Counted from the first letter of the stretch, positions 16,992 to 26,115 are shown. The stretch: DNA of 32,000 bases from Mycolicibacterium smegmatis (GCF_001457595.1 NZ_LN831039.1:5970001-6002000); one strand, 5' to 3'. Notes: a model not told the origin generated them from the sequence alone. Program-made: numbers and translations.

Positions 16992-17002
16992 ATGCCAAAT
17001 CT

Positions 17003-17016
17003 AGAACGCGTTCTAG
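17003..17016. promoter_or_regulatory. KstR operator, perfect palindrome TAGAACGCGTTCTA
   Basis: Matches TnnAACnnGTTnnA, directly upstream of the Rv3519-like/cyp142 operon. Confidence 0.85.
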
Positions 17017-17034
17017 ACACTTTGCAAGAAGTGT

Positions 17035-18066
17035 CTACAACAGCGCGGCGAGTTCGCGGATGTGCTCGGGGCTGCGGCCCGAGACCACCATGGTGGTGAC
17101 CCCCGCGGCCTCCCACACCTTGATCTGTTCGCGCACGTAGGACACGTCGCCGACGATCGCGGCGTCGTCGACCACCTCGTCGGGGATCACCTTGGCGGCC
17201 TCGTCCTTGCGGCCCGAGCGGAACAGCTTCGTCACCTCGTCGACCACGTCGCCGTAACCCATGCGGCGGTAGACGTCGGCGTGGAAGTTGGTGTCCTCGG
17301 CGCCCATGCCGCCCATGTACAGCGCGAGGTAGGGCTTCATCGCCGCGAACGCCGCGGCCCGGTCCTCGGTGATGACGATGTTGGCGGTCGCGCAGATCTC
17401 GAACGTCTCGCGCGTGCGACACGCGCCGGGCCGCGCGAAGCCCTCGTCGAGCCACGCGTTGTAGGTGTCGGCCATGCGCGGCGTGTAGAAGATCGGCAGC
17501 CAGCCGTCGCAGATCTCGGCGGCCAGCGCGACGTTCTTGGGGCCCTCGGCCCCGAGCATGATCGGGATGTCCGCGCGCAGCGGATGCGTGATGGGCTTGA
17601 GCGGCTTGCCCAGTCCGGTCGTGCCCTCGCCGGTCAGCGGCAACGGATAGTGCGGACCATCGCTGGTCACCGGGGCCTCGCGGGCCCACACCTGCCGGAT
17701 AATGTCGATGTACTCGCGCGTGCGGGCCAGTGGCTTGGGGAACTTCTGCCCGTACCAGCCCTCGACCACCTGCGGCCCGGACACGCCCAGGCCCAGGATG
17801 TGGCGGCCGCCCGAGAGGTGGTCGAGCGTCAGCGACGCCATGGCACACGCCGTGGGAGTGCGCGCGGACATCTGCACCACCGACGTGCCCAGCCGCAGAC
17901 TCTTGGTCTCGCGTCCCCACCAGGCCAGCGGCGTGAATGCATCCGAGCCCCATGCCTCTGCGGTGAACACGGTGTCGAAACCGGCCTCCTCGGCCGCGGC
18001 CACCAACTCCGCATGGTTGCTCGGCGGCTGCGCTGCCCAATATCCGAGTTGCAAACCCAACTTCAT
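17035..18066 (-). CDS. LLM-class F420-dependent (luciferase-like) oxidoreductase, Rv3520c-like
   Basis: Track ORF 17035..18162, trimmed to ATG 18066 (MKLGLQLGYWAAQPPSNHAELVAAAEEAGFDTVFTAEAWGSDAF...) with a GGAGGG SD at 18081->18076. Confidence 0.88.
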   Translation of the reverse strand: MKLGLQLGYWAAQPPSNHAELVAAAEEAGFDTVFTAEAWGSDAFTPLAWWGRETKSLRLGTSVVQMSARTPTACAMASLTLDHLSGGRHILGLGVSGPQVVEGWYGQKFPKPLARTREYIDIIRQVWAREAPVTSDGPHYPLPLTGEGTTGLGKPLKPITHPLRADIPIMLGAEGPKNVALAAEICDGWLPIFYTPRMADTYNAWLDEGFARPGACRTRETFEICATANIVITEDRAAAFAAMKPYLALYMGGMGAEDTNFHADVYRRMGYGDVVDEVTKLFRSGRKDEAAKVIPDEVVDDAAIVGDVSYVREQIKVWEAAGVTTMVVSGRSPEHIRELAALL

Positions 18067-18101
18067 TCCGGCCGCCCTCCCTGGCTTCTTGCCACGATTC
18101 T

Positions 18102-18115
18102 TAGAACCTGTTCTA
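18102..18115. promoter_or_regulatory. KstR operator, TAGAACCTGTTCTA
   Basis: Matches the motif. Lies in the divergent region between the LLM oxidoreductase and the DUF35/ltp4/ltp3 operon. Confidence 0.85.
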
Positions 18116-18123
18116 CTCGATGT

Positions 18124-19128
18124 GTGACAGCCAGCCAAAGCCGCCCGGCCTCGACAGATCACCGTGAGCCGCCACTTTCAGCGCCACTGAAACTGTCTTT
18201 CGACTACACCCGTTCAGTCGGGCCCTTGCTCAGTCAGTTCTTCACCGCGCTTCGTGACCGCCGCATCGTCGGCGTGCGCGGATCCGATGGACGTGTGCAT
18301 GTGCCACCCGCCGAGTATGACCCGGTCACCTACGAACCATTGACCGAGGTCGTGCCGGTGGGCAGCGTCGGGACCGTCGTGTCCTGGACGTGGCAGCCCG
18401 AGCCGCTGGAGGGGCAGCCACTCGACCGGCCGTTCGCGTGGGCGCTGATCAAACTCGACGGTGCCGACACCCCTTTGCTGCATGCCGTTGCCGCCGAAGA
18501 GGGTTCGGTGAGCACCGGCATGCGGGTGCACGCGCACTGGGTCGACGAGCCCGCGGGCGCGATCACCGACATCGCGTACTTCCTGCCGGGCGACACCCCG
18601 GAACCCGTTGCCGACGCGCCCGCCGACGAGCGTGATCCGGTGACGATGCTGGTGGTGCCGTCGAGCATCGAGATCCAGCACTCGGCCTCGCTGCCCGAGA
18701 GCACCTACCTGCGCAGCCTGCGCGAGGGCAAGCTGGTCGGCGCCCGCACGGTGGGCCCGAACGGCGAGAAGGGCAAGGTCTACTTCCCGCCCAAGGAAGC
18801 CGATCCGGCCACGGGCCTTGAGCTCAACGAGTTCGTCGAACTGCCCGACAAGGGCACGGTGACGACGTTCGCGATCATCAACATCCCGTTCGCGGGGCAG
18901 CGCATCAAGCCGCCGTACGTCGCGGCGTACGTGCTGCTGGACGGCGCCGACATCCCGTTCTTGCACCTGGTCACCGACATCGACGCGTCCGAGGTCCGCA
19001 TGGGCATGCGCGTCGAGGCGGTCTGGAAGCCCAAGGACGAGTGGGGCCTGGGCATCGACAACATCTCGCATTTCCGGCCGACGGGTGAGCCCGACGCCGA
19101 CTACGACAGCTACAAGCACCACCTGTAA
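18124..19128 (+). CDS. Tandem DUF35 (OB-fold, ChsH2-C-terminal-like) protein, Rv3521-like
   Basis: In frame with track ORF 17062..19128. The only plausible start after the operator and before the conserved FDYTRSVGPLLSQFFTAL segment is GTG 18124, so the start is uncertain. Two OB-like halves (…VGSVGTVVSWTW…GMRVHAHWV… and …KGTVTTFAIINIPF…GMRVEAVWKP…). Confidence 0.75.
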   Translation: MTASQSRPASTDHREPPLSAPLKLSFDYTRSVGPLLSQFFTALRDRRIVGVRGSDGRVHVPPAEYDPVTYEPLTEVVPVGSVGTVVSWTWQPEPLEGQPLDRPFAWALIKLDGADTPLLHAVAAEEGSVSTGMRVHAHWVDEPAGAITDIAYFLPGDTPEPVADAPADERDPVTMLVVPSSIEIQHSASLPESTYLRSLREGKLVGARTVGPNGEKGKVYFPPKEADPATGLELNEFVELPDKGTVTTFAIINIPFAGQRIKPPYVAAYVLLDGADIPFLHLVTDIDASEVRMGMRVEAVWKPKDEWGLGIDNISHFRPTGEPDADYDSYKHHL

Positions 19129-19137
19129 AGGGAAAAG

Positions 19138-20211
19138 ATGACCGCACCCTCGGGTAGACAAGTCGCGGTGGTCGGCTTCGCACATGCCCCGCATGTCCGC
19201 CGCACCGACGGCACCACCAACGGCGTCGAGATGTTGATGCCGTGCTTCCACCAGCTGTACGACGAGCTGGGCCTTCAGCAGAGCGACATCGGCTTCTGGT
19301 GCTCCGGGTCCTCGGATTACCTTGCCGGACGCGCATTCTCGTTCATCTCGGCGATCGACTCGATCGGCGCCGTACCGCCGATCAACGAGTCCCACGTCGA
19401 GATGGACGGCGCATGGGCGTTGTACGAGGCCTACATCAAGATCCTGACCGGCGAGGTCGACACCGCGCTGGTGTACGGCTTCGGCAAGTCGTCGGCCGGT
19501 GTGCTGCGGCGCGTGCTCGCACTGCAGACCGATCCGTACTCGGTGGCCCCGCTGTGGCCCGATGCGGTCTCGATGGCGGGTCTGCAGGCCCGGTTCGGGC
19601 TCGATGCGGGCAAGTGGACGGCCGAACAGATGGCGCAGGTGGCGCTCGACGCGTTCGCCGCGGGCGGGCGCACGGATTCGGTGAAGCCGGCCAAGAGCAT
19701 CGACGAACTGCTCGAACGCCCCTTCTTCGCCGATCCGCTGCGACGCCACGACATCGCGCCAATCACCGACGGCGCGGCGGCGATCGTGCTGGCCGCGGGC
19801 GACCGGGCGCGTGAGCTGCGCGAGAACCCGGCCTGGATCACCGGCATCGAACACCGCATCGACACCCCGGTGCTCGGCGCGCGGGATCTGACGACCTCGC
19901 CGTCCACCGCGGCCTCGGCCGCCGCGGCCACGGGCGGGGACACCGCGTCCATCGAGGTGGCCGAGATCCACGCACCGTTCACCCACCAGCACCTGATCCT
20001 CACCGAGGCCATCGGCCTGGGTGGTTCGACGAAGATCAACCCGTCGGGCGGGGCGCTTTCCGCCAACCCGATGTTCTCGGCGGGCCTGGAGCGTATCGGT
20101 TTCGCCGCGCGGCACATCTTCGACGGTTCGGCGGGCCGGGTGCTCGCCCACGCCACCAGTGGGCCTGCGCTGCAACAGAATCTGGTCGCCGTCTTGGAAG
20201 GGAAGAACTGA
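19138..20211 (+). CDS. ltp4: Thiolase-like / nonspecific lipid-transfer protein
   Basis: ORF 19138..20211, 357 aa. Thiolase-superfamily-like. Synteny with Rv3522. Its stop overlaps the ltp3 start (TGATG). Confidence 0.85.
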   Translation: MTAPSGRQVAVVGFAHAPHVRRTDGTTNGVEMLMPCFHQLYDELGLQQSDIGFWCSGSSDYLAGRAFSFISAIDSIGAVPPINESHVEMDGAWALYEAYIKILTGEVDTALVYGFGKSSAGVLRRVLALQTDPYSVAPLWPDAVSMAGLQARFGLDAGKWTAEQMAQVALDAFAAGGRTDSVKPAKSIDELLERPFFADPLRRHDIAPITDGAAAIVLAAGDRARELRENPAWITGIEHRIDTPVLGARDLTTSPSTAASAAAATGGDTASIEVAEIHAPFTHQHLILTEAIGLGGSTKINPSGGALSANPMFSAGLERIGFAARHIFDGSAGRVLAHATSGPALQQNLVAVLEGKN

Positions 20212-21389
20212 TGGCCGTCAATGCCGCCGTTCTGGGCACGGGCCAGACGAAGTACGTCGCCAAGCGCACCGACGTCTCGATGAACGGCCTGGTGCGCGAG
20301 GCCATCGACCGCGCGCTCGCCGATTCGGGTTCGACGATGGCCGACATCGACGCCGTGGTCGTCGGCAAGGCGCCGGACTTCTTCGAGGGCGTGATGATGC
20401 CCGAGCTGTTCATGGCCGATGCCGTGGGTGCGACGGGCAAGCCGCTGATCCGCGTGCACACCGCGGGTTCGGTCGGCGGGTCGACGGCCATCGTCGCGGC
20501 GAGCCTGGTGAAATCCGGCAGGTACCGCCGCGTGCTCACCATGGCGTGGGAGAAGCAGTCCGAGTCGAATGCCATGTGGGCGTTGAGCATTCCGGTGCCG
20601 TTCACCAAGCCCGTGGGTGCGGGCGCCGGCGGGTACTTCGCACCGCACGTGCGGGCCTACATCCGCCGCTCGGGCGCGCCGACGCACATCGGCGCGATGG
20701 TCGCGGTCAAGGACCGGCTCAACGGGGCCAAGAACCCGCTGGCACACCTGCATCAGCCCGACATCACGCTCGAGAAGGTGCTGAGCTCGCAGATGCTGTG
20801 GGATCCGATCCGGTTCGACGAGACGTGCCCGTCGTCCGACGGTGCGTGCGCGATGGTGATCGGTGACGAACAGATCGCGGATGCCCGTGTGGCCGAGGGG
20901 CATCCGGTGGCGTGGATCCACGCGACCGCGCTGCGCACCGAACCGTTGGCGTACGCGGGGCGCGATCAGGTGAACCCGCAGGCCGGCCGCGACGCCGCCA
21001 AGGCGCTGTGGCGTGACGCGGGCATCACCAGCCCGATCGACGAGATCGACGTCGCCGAGGTGTACGTGCCGTTCTCGTGGTTCGAGCCCATGTGGCTGGA
21101 GAACCTGGGCTTCGCTCCCGAGGGCGAGGGCTGGAAGCTCACCGAGGCAGGCGAGACCGCGATCGGTGGACGCATCCCGTTCAACCCGTCGGGTGGTGTG
21201 CTGAGCTCCAATCCGATCGGCGCGTCGGGCATGATCCGCTTCGCCGAGTCGGCCATCCAGGTGATGGGCAAGGCCGGCGAACATCAGGTGCAGGGCGCCC
21301 GCAAGGCCCTCGGCCACGCATACGGCGGTGGTTCGCAGTACTTCTCCATGTGGGTTGTGTCTTCGGACAAGCCCGCAGCCAAGCCCTGA
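20211..21389 (+). CDS. ltp3: Thiolase-like / nonspecific lipid-transfer protein (SCP-x thiolase-like)
   Basis: ORF 20211..21389, 392 aa (MAVNAAVLGTGQTKYVAKR...NPSGGVLSSNPIGASGMIRF...). Synteny with Rv3523. Confidence 0.88.
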   Translation: MAVNAAVLGTGQTKYVAKRTDVSMNGLVREAIDRALADSGSTMADIDAVVVGKAPDFFEGVMMPELFMADAVGATGKPLIRVHTAGSVGGSTAIVAASLVKSGRYRRVLTMAWEKQSESNAMWALSIPVPFTKPVGAGAGGYFAPHVRAYIRRSGAPTHIGAMVAVKDRLNGAKNPLAHLHQPDITLEKVLSSQMLWDPIRFDETCPSSDGACAMVIGDEQIADARVAEGHPVAWIHATALRTEPLAYAGRDQVNPQAGRDAAKALWRDAGITSPIDEIDVAEVYVPFSWFEPMWLENLGFAPEGEGWKLTEAGETAIGGRIPFNPSGGVLSSNPIGASGMIRFAESAIQVMGKAGEHQVQGARKALGHAYGGGSQYFSMWVVSSDKPAAKP

Positions 21390-21395
21390 TATCTC

Positions 21396-21458
21396 CGCCG
21401 AAACGGCATTCCGGCAGGCAAAGTGCGAGTGCACGCCTGCCGGAATGTCGTTTCGGCG
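21396..21458. terminator. Long hairpin (24-bp stem with one mismatch, 15-nt loop) downstream of ltp3; a likely factor-independent terminator without a U-tract
   Basis: CGCCGAAACGGCATTCCGGCAGGC (21396-21419) pairs with GCCTGCCGGAATGTCGTTTCGGCG (21435-21458). Confidence 0.55.
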
Positions 21459-21547
21459 CGTGAGAGGTGACGCTCGGCGCATGCGGGCCACCCTCGGGCG
21501 CGACGAAAGGCGGGCATCGGCGGCGCCGCGTACCCTGATCAGTAACT

Positions 21548-22180
21548 ATGTCGCCCACGACGGTCCCCCGCCTCAGACTTCTGCTCACCACCGGCCTTGC
21601 GGCTGCTGTCGTCGCGACGGCGGCCGGCTGCCAGGACGCGCAACTGACCGCGGATCCGGCCACGGGCAAGGCGCCGGCGGCCTCGTCGTCAGCCGCCACC
21701 AGTTCACCCCAGGCCAAGGCCTCCGACTACAGCCATCTGTTGCTGCAGGCCGAGGACATCAGCATCCCGCCCAACACCTTCACCAGGCGGTCCACCAAGG
21801 TCAACCCGGACGGCCAGGACGGCGCCAGCGCGCTCTACGTCAACGCCGACGACACCAGGGCCATCGCCGACACGATCCTGATCTATCCGGACGTCGCGAC
21901 CGCGACCGCGACACTGCAGCAGGCCGTGGGCGCCATCAACACCATGGTCGAGGGCGGCACTCCTCAGCCGCACCCCGTCGGCACGAACGGCACGGTGATC
22001 TCCGGGACGGCGCCGGACGGCTCCAAGGCGGTCACGCTGTTGATGTTCACGCAGGGCCGGGCGCTGGTGCGGTTGGAGTTCGACAGCGCCATCGAGGACC
22101 CGGTCACCGAGCAGACCGTGACCGCCATCGGCAGGATGCAGCAGATCGCGCTGCGGATCGGCCTGCCCGAGCGGGAGTAA
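21548..22180 (+). CDS. Putative lipoprotein (hypothetical)
   Basis: ORF 21548..22180. N-terminus MSPTTVPRLRLLLTTGLAAAVVATAAGC has a lipobox-like AAGC. No clear SD. Confidence 0.65.
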   Translation: MSPTTVPRLRLLLTTGLAAAVVATAAGCQDAQLTADPATGKAPAASSSAATSSPQAKASDYSHLLLQAEDISIPPNTFTRRSTKVNPDGQDGASALYVNADDTRAIADTILIYPDVATATATLQQAVGAINTMVEGGTPQPHPVGTNGTVISGTAPDGSKAVTLLMFTQGRALVRLEFDSAIEDPVTEQTVTAIGRMQQIALRIGLPERE

Positions 22181-22244
22181 CCGTCCACGAGCGCGGGTAT
22201 GCCGCAGGTCACGCGTCCCTCGTTGCACTATCGGACGGGAAAAC

Positions 22245-22258
22245 TGTAACGTGTTCTA
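22245..22258. promoter_or_regulatory. KstR operator, TGTAACGTGTTCTA
   Basis: Matches the motif, 27 nt upstream of the kshA ATG. Confidence 0.8.
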
Positions 22259-22284
22259 GTTAGAAGCAACGGACTGGAGGCGTC

Positions 22285-23436
22285 ATGGCTACCGAGACTG
22301 TCGGGATCCGCGAAATCGACACCGGCGCGCTGCCGGATCGGTACGCGCGAGGCTGGCACTGCCTTGGACCGGTGAAGAACTTCTCGGACGGCAAGCCGCA
22401 CAGCGTCAACATCTTCGGCACCAAGCTCGTGGTGTTCGCGGGCTCCAAGGGCGAGCTCAACGTCCTCGACGCGTACTGCCGCCACATGGGCGGTGACCTG
22501 TCGAAGGGCACCGTCAAGGGCGACGAGGTCGCGTGCCCGTTCCACGACTGGCGCTGGGGCGGTGACGGCAAGTGCAAGCTCGTGCCGTACGCCAAGCGCA
22601 CCCCCCGCCTGGCCCGCACCCGGTCCTGGCACACCGACGTGCGCGGCGGCCTGCTGTTCGTGTGGCACGACCACGAGGGCAACCCGCCGCAGCCCGAGGT
22701 GCGCATCCCCGAGATCCCGGAGTGGTCGAGCGGTGAGTGGACCGACTGGAAGTGGAACTCGATGTTGATCGAGGGCAGCAACTGCCGCGAGATCATCGAC
22801 AACGTCACCGACATGGCCCACTTCTTCTACATCCACTTCGGGCTGCCGACGTACTTCAAGAACGTCTTCGAGGGCCACATCGCCAGCCAGTACCTGCACA
22901 ACGTGGGCCGGCCCGATGTCAACGACCTCGGCACGGCCTACGGCGAGGCCAAGCTGGACTCCGAGGCGTCGTACTTCGGCCCGTCGTTCATGATCAACTG
23001 GCTGCACAACACCTACGGCGAGTTCAAGGCCGAGTCGATCCTGATCAACTGCCACTACCCCGTGACGCAGGATTCGTTCGTGCTGCAGTGGGGTGTGATC
23101 GTCGAGAAGCCCAAGGGGCTGGACGACGCGACCACCGAGAAGCTCGCCGACGCCTTCACCGAGGGTGTCAGCAAGGGCTTCCTGCAGGACGTCGAGATCT
23201 GGAAGCACAAGACCCGCATCGACAATCCGCTGCTGGTCGAGGAGGACGGCGCGGTGTACCAGATGCGGCGCTGGTACCAGCAGTTCTACGTCGACGTCGC
23301 CGACATCACGCCGGACATGACCGACCGGTTCGAGATGGAGGTCGACACCACGGCCGCGGTCGAGAAGTGGAACATCGAGGTTCAGGAGAACCTGAAGGCC
23401 CAGGCCGAAGCCGAGAAGGCGGAGCAGTCGAGCTGA
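22285..23436 (+). CDS. kshA: 3-ketosteroid 9-alpha-hydroxylase, Rieske oxygenase component
   Basis: ORF 22285..23436, 383 aa. Rieske motif CRHMGGDLSKGTVKGDEVACPFHDWRW. GGAGG SD upstream. Synteny with Rv3526. Confidence 0.93.
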   Translation: MATETVGIREIDTGALPDRYARGWHCLGPVKNFSDGKPHSVNIFGTKLVVFAGSKGELNVLDAYCRHMGGDLSKGTVKGDEVACPFHDWRWGGDGKCKLVPYAKRTPRLARTRSWHTDVRGGLLFVWHDHEGNPPQPEVRIPEIPEWSSGEWTDWKWNSMLIEGSNCREIIDNVTDMAHFFYIHFGLPTYFKNVFEGHIASQYLHNVGRPDVNDLGTAYGEAKLDSEASYFGPSFMINWLHNTYGEFKAESILINCHYPVTQDSFVLQWGVIVEKPKGLDDATTEKLADAFTEGVSKGFLQDVEIWKHKTRIDNPLLVEEDGAVYQMRRWYQQFYVDVADITPDMTDRFEMEVDTTAAVEKWNIEVQENLKAQAEAEKAEQSS

Positions 23437-23912
23437 TGCCGGCACGCAACGAGCAGGGCCGCACCCAGACACCGGATGTCGGTGATCTGGCCCGCTCGAT
23501 GCTGTTGCTGCACGGCATCCACGACGACGACGATCATCCGGCCGGCAATCAGCCGGGCACCGGAAGTTGGTCCAAGGCACCGAATTTCGCGTCCGATCCG
23601 CAACGCGCGGCAGCCGTTCGCGAGGCCAGCCTGCGTGACCGGGAACGCTACCTGACCTCGGGGCTGGTGTCGGTGGACTGCCGGCACTGCCACGTGTCGG
23701 TGCAGGTGAAGAAGCTCGGTCCCACGCACACCGCGGTGCAGTGGAACTCCGAGGCGACGCAACGCTGCGCGGTGTTCAACGAGATCCGTGCCGCCGGTGG
23801 CGATCCCGCACGTACGCCGTCGTGCCCGCGGCTGTCCGACAGCATCCGGCATGCCGTCGCCGAGGGCGTCCTCGAAGAGTCCTCGACGGCCCCGGCGCCC
23901 GGCGACGGTTAG
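23436..23912 (+). CDS. Conserved hypothetical Cys-rich protein, Rv3527-like
   Basis: In frame with track ORF 22737..23912. ATG 23436 overlaps the kshA stop (TGATG). MPARNEQGRTQTPDVGDL...CRHCHVSVQVKKLG... Confidence 0.7.
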   Translation: MPARNEQGRTQTPDVGDLARSMLLLHGIHDDDDHPAGNQPGTGSWSKAPNFASDPQRAAAVREASLRDRERYLTSGLVSVDCRHCHVSVQVKKLGPTHTAVQWNSEATQRCAVFNEIRAAGGDPARTPSCPRLSDSIRHAVAEGVLEESSTAPAPGDG

Positions 23913-25438
23913 CTTTCCCGCACCTTGGCCAGTGCAGATGCACGTTCGGTCAGGAACTTTCGCAATGTGTCCTTCTGCGCCTCGATCTCGTCGGCGCTCA
24001 GCCCGTCGGTGACGGGCACGGTCTCGGCGATCGAATCCAGCAGCGCCAGGGCCTGTCCGTCGGCGTAGATCTGGTCGTACAGCTCCCAGTACGCCTTGTC
24101 GTAGACCTCGGTGAACGCCGGTGACGCCAGGAACCGTTCCTTGAGAATGTTGCCGCCCAACTCCTTGCCGGGCGGCGGGCCCATGCCGGTGGGAAGTTGG
24201 AAGCCCGACGGCGGCTTGAACTCCATGGGATCGCGCGGCCCGAGCTTCACGTCGCCCATCATCGTGGCGAGGTTCAGGTCCCACGACACCACCGTGAACT
24301 TCTTGGTGCCCAGGTCGTACCACAGGTAGTAGTTCTGCCCGGGTCCGGCCATGTCGTCGCCGTTGATCAACAGGTTCTGCGTCGCGACGTAGCGCGCGAA
24401 CGATTCCACGTCGATCCAGTCACCCAGCGACCGGGCGAATTCCTCGTCGTCGGCGCTGTCGAGCCACTTCAGGAAGTTGATGAGCGGCTGCAGGTTTCCG
24501 GTGTCGACGGTGTTGATCTGCTTGAACTGATCGGCGTAGGCCGACTGGTCGGGGCCGGCGTACTCGAGCCGCGATTTGGCGCGCGCCTTGTACAGGTAGC
24601 CGTCGGAGTCGAACACCGTGCTCGCGTAGTTCTCGTCGGGGTGCTCGAGCAGCAGGCGCGTCGTGGTCGCGCCGTTCACCGAATACGTGATGTAGGAGTA
24701 GCGCTGCGTCGGCTGACCCGTCATCGCGGTCAGCGACAATGCCAGAGCCTCGTTGAGCACGGGCGCCCCGGGACGCACCGACAGTTCGGTCAGGCCCTGA
24801 TATCCACGGCCGTCGGCGTTCTCGTTGAAGCTGATCAGCAGAGGCAACGACAGCGGATCGTCCTCGGACACCGTGCCCATCGGCCCGCCGGGTCCTCCGA
24901 GACCACCAGGCCCACCGAAACCACCAGGCGGCCCACCAGGGCCTGGCGCACCGGGGGGACCCGGCGGACCGGGACGTCCTGGAGGCCCTGGAGGCCCGGG
25001 AGGCCCGCCCTCCCCCGGCGGGGGAGGGAAATGCACGCCGCGCAGACTCATCAACGTCGAGTTGCCCTTGAGCCGCACCGCGACGTCGTTGATCGTGGTG
25101 CCGTCGATCGTGATGTCGGCGGTCACCCACTTCTTGTCGCCGTCGGCCTTGAACTGCTCGACCATGTCGCGGTATTCGGCGTCGGTCAGCTCGACCGACA
25201 GCGAGTGCGGCACGGTGTTGTCGAACAGATCGACCGTGCCCGTGATGTTCTCGGTGATCTCCGAGGCGATGACGGTCGGGTCCCCCGTGATGTACGGCCG
25301 AATGCGGACGTCACCGAACACCAGCGCCACCACGGCCACGAACACGACGAACGCACCGAGCAGTTTCCAGTGCTGGCGCAGCGGTCTGGGGATCCGGTGC
25401 ACGAACCGGCGCCACCTCGAACTGGCCGGAGCCGCCAT
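23909..25438 (-). CDS. CotH kinase family protein with an N-terminal membrane anchor and an internal Gly/Pro-rich insertion
   Basis: ORF 23909..25438, 509 aa. TM segment WKLLGAFVVFVAVVALVFG. CotH-like VRLKGNSTL...YYLWYD... segments. Its start overlaps the DUF4956 stop (TGATG at 25436-25440). Confidence 0.8.
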   Translation of the reverse strand: MAAPASSRWRRFVHRIPRPLRQHWKLLGAFVVFVAVVALVFGDVRIRPYITGDPTVIASEITENITGTVDLFDNTVPHSLSVELTDAEYRDMVEQFKADGDKKWVTADITIDGTTINDVAVRLKGNSTLMSLRGVHFPPPPGEGGPPGPPGPPGRPGPPGPPGAPGPGGPPGGFGGPGGLGGPGGPMGTVSEDDPLSLPLLISFNENADGRGYQGLTELSVRPGAPVLNEALALSLTAMTGQPTQRYSYITYSVNGATTTRLLLEHPDENYASTVFDSDGYLYKARAKSRLEYAGPDQSAYADQFKQINTVDTGNLQPLINFLKWLDSADDEEFARSLGDWIDVESFARYVATQNLLINGDDMAGPGQNYYLWYDLGTKKFTVVSWDLNLATMMGDVKLGPRDPMEFKPPSGFQLPTGMGPPPGKELGGNILKERFLASPAFTEVYDKAYWELYDQIYADGQALALLDSIAETVPVTDGLSADEIEAQKDTLRKFLTERASALAKVRES

Positions 25439-26115
25439 CAGATGTCGGTCTGGTCGTAGCCCGTCAGCACCGTGACGCGCTGGCCGGTGTTCACCGCGGT
25501 CAGCGCCGCGATGAGGTCGCTGCTCTTCTTGTTCTTCTTCAGCTGCGCGGTGTAGTACAGCTCCATCAGCGCACCTGCGCGCACCGATTCGGTTGAGACC
25601 AGCTCGAATTCACTGCAGTACTCGATCAAGGTGTCCTCGACGCGTGCGGTGTATTCGGGCTCCGGCGGCACCTGCACCTTGACCACCTGGCGCTTGACGT
25701 CGAGCTTGAACATGTTGAACTTGTTCATGATCACCAGCACCAGGCAGATCGCGATGGTCGCGGCGATCGCCAACGTGTAGAACCGGGTTCCCGTCGTCAT
25801 ACCGATCGCCATCACCAGGAACACGAACCCGACGTCGCGGGTTTCCTTGATGGCGTTGCGGAATCGGATCACCGACAGCGCGCCGACCAACGCGAACGCA
25901 CGGGCGATGTTCGACCCGACCACCAGCATGATCACCGAGACCACCATGCAGACCAGCACGAGCGTCTGCACGTAGGACTGGCTGTAGGACACGTTCTTGT
26001 GGGTGTAACGGTAGACCCACCCGATGATGACGGACAGGACGAGCGAGAGCGCCAGCGACGCGACGACGTCGAACGTCGTGAAGGTGCCGCTGAGGTCCTG
26101 CAGGTTGATGTTCAC
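25438..26115 (-). CDS. DUF4956-family integral membrane protein
   Basis: Track ORF 25438..26496, trimmed to GTG 26115 (VNINLQDLSGTFTTFDVVASLALSLVLSVIIGW...) with an AGGAG SD 6 nt upstream. Several hydrophobic helices followed by a soluble C-terminal tail. Confidence 0.8.
   Translation of the reverse strand: MNINLQDLSGTFTTFDVVASLALSLVLSVIIGWVYRYTHKNVSYSQSYVQTLVLVCMVVSVIMLVVGSNIARAFALVGALSVIRFRNAIKETRDVGFVFLVMAIGMTTGTRFYTLAIAATIAICLVLVIMNKFNMFKLDVKRQVVKVQVPPEPEYTARVEDTLIEYCSEFELVSTESVRAGALMELYYTAQLKKNKKSSDLIAALTAVNTGQRVTVLTGYDQTDI

Noticed and set aside
24878-25030. GPP triplets as a true collagen triple-helix domain
   Set aside because: There are only about 15 irregular triplets, broken by GG/GF motifs, and they sit inside a CotH domain. 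That is too short and irregular to call a collagen domain, so it is reported only as a low-complexity insertion.
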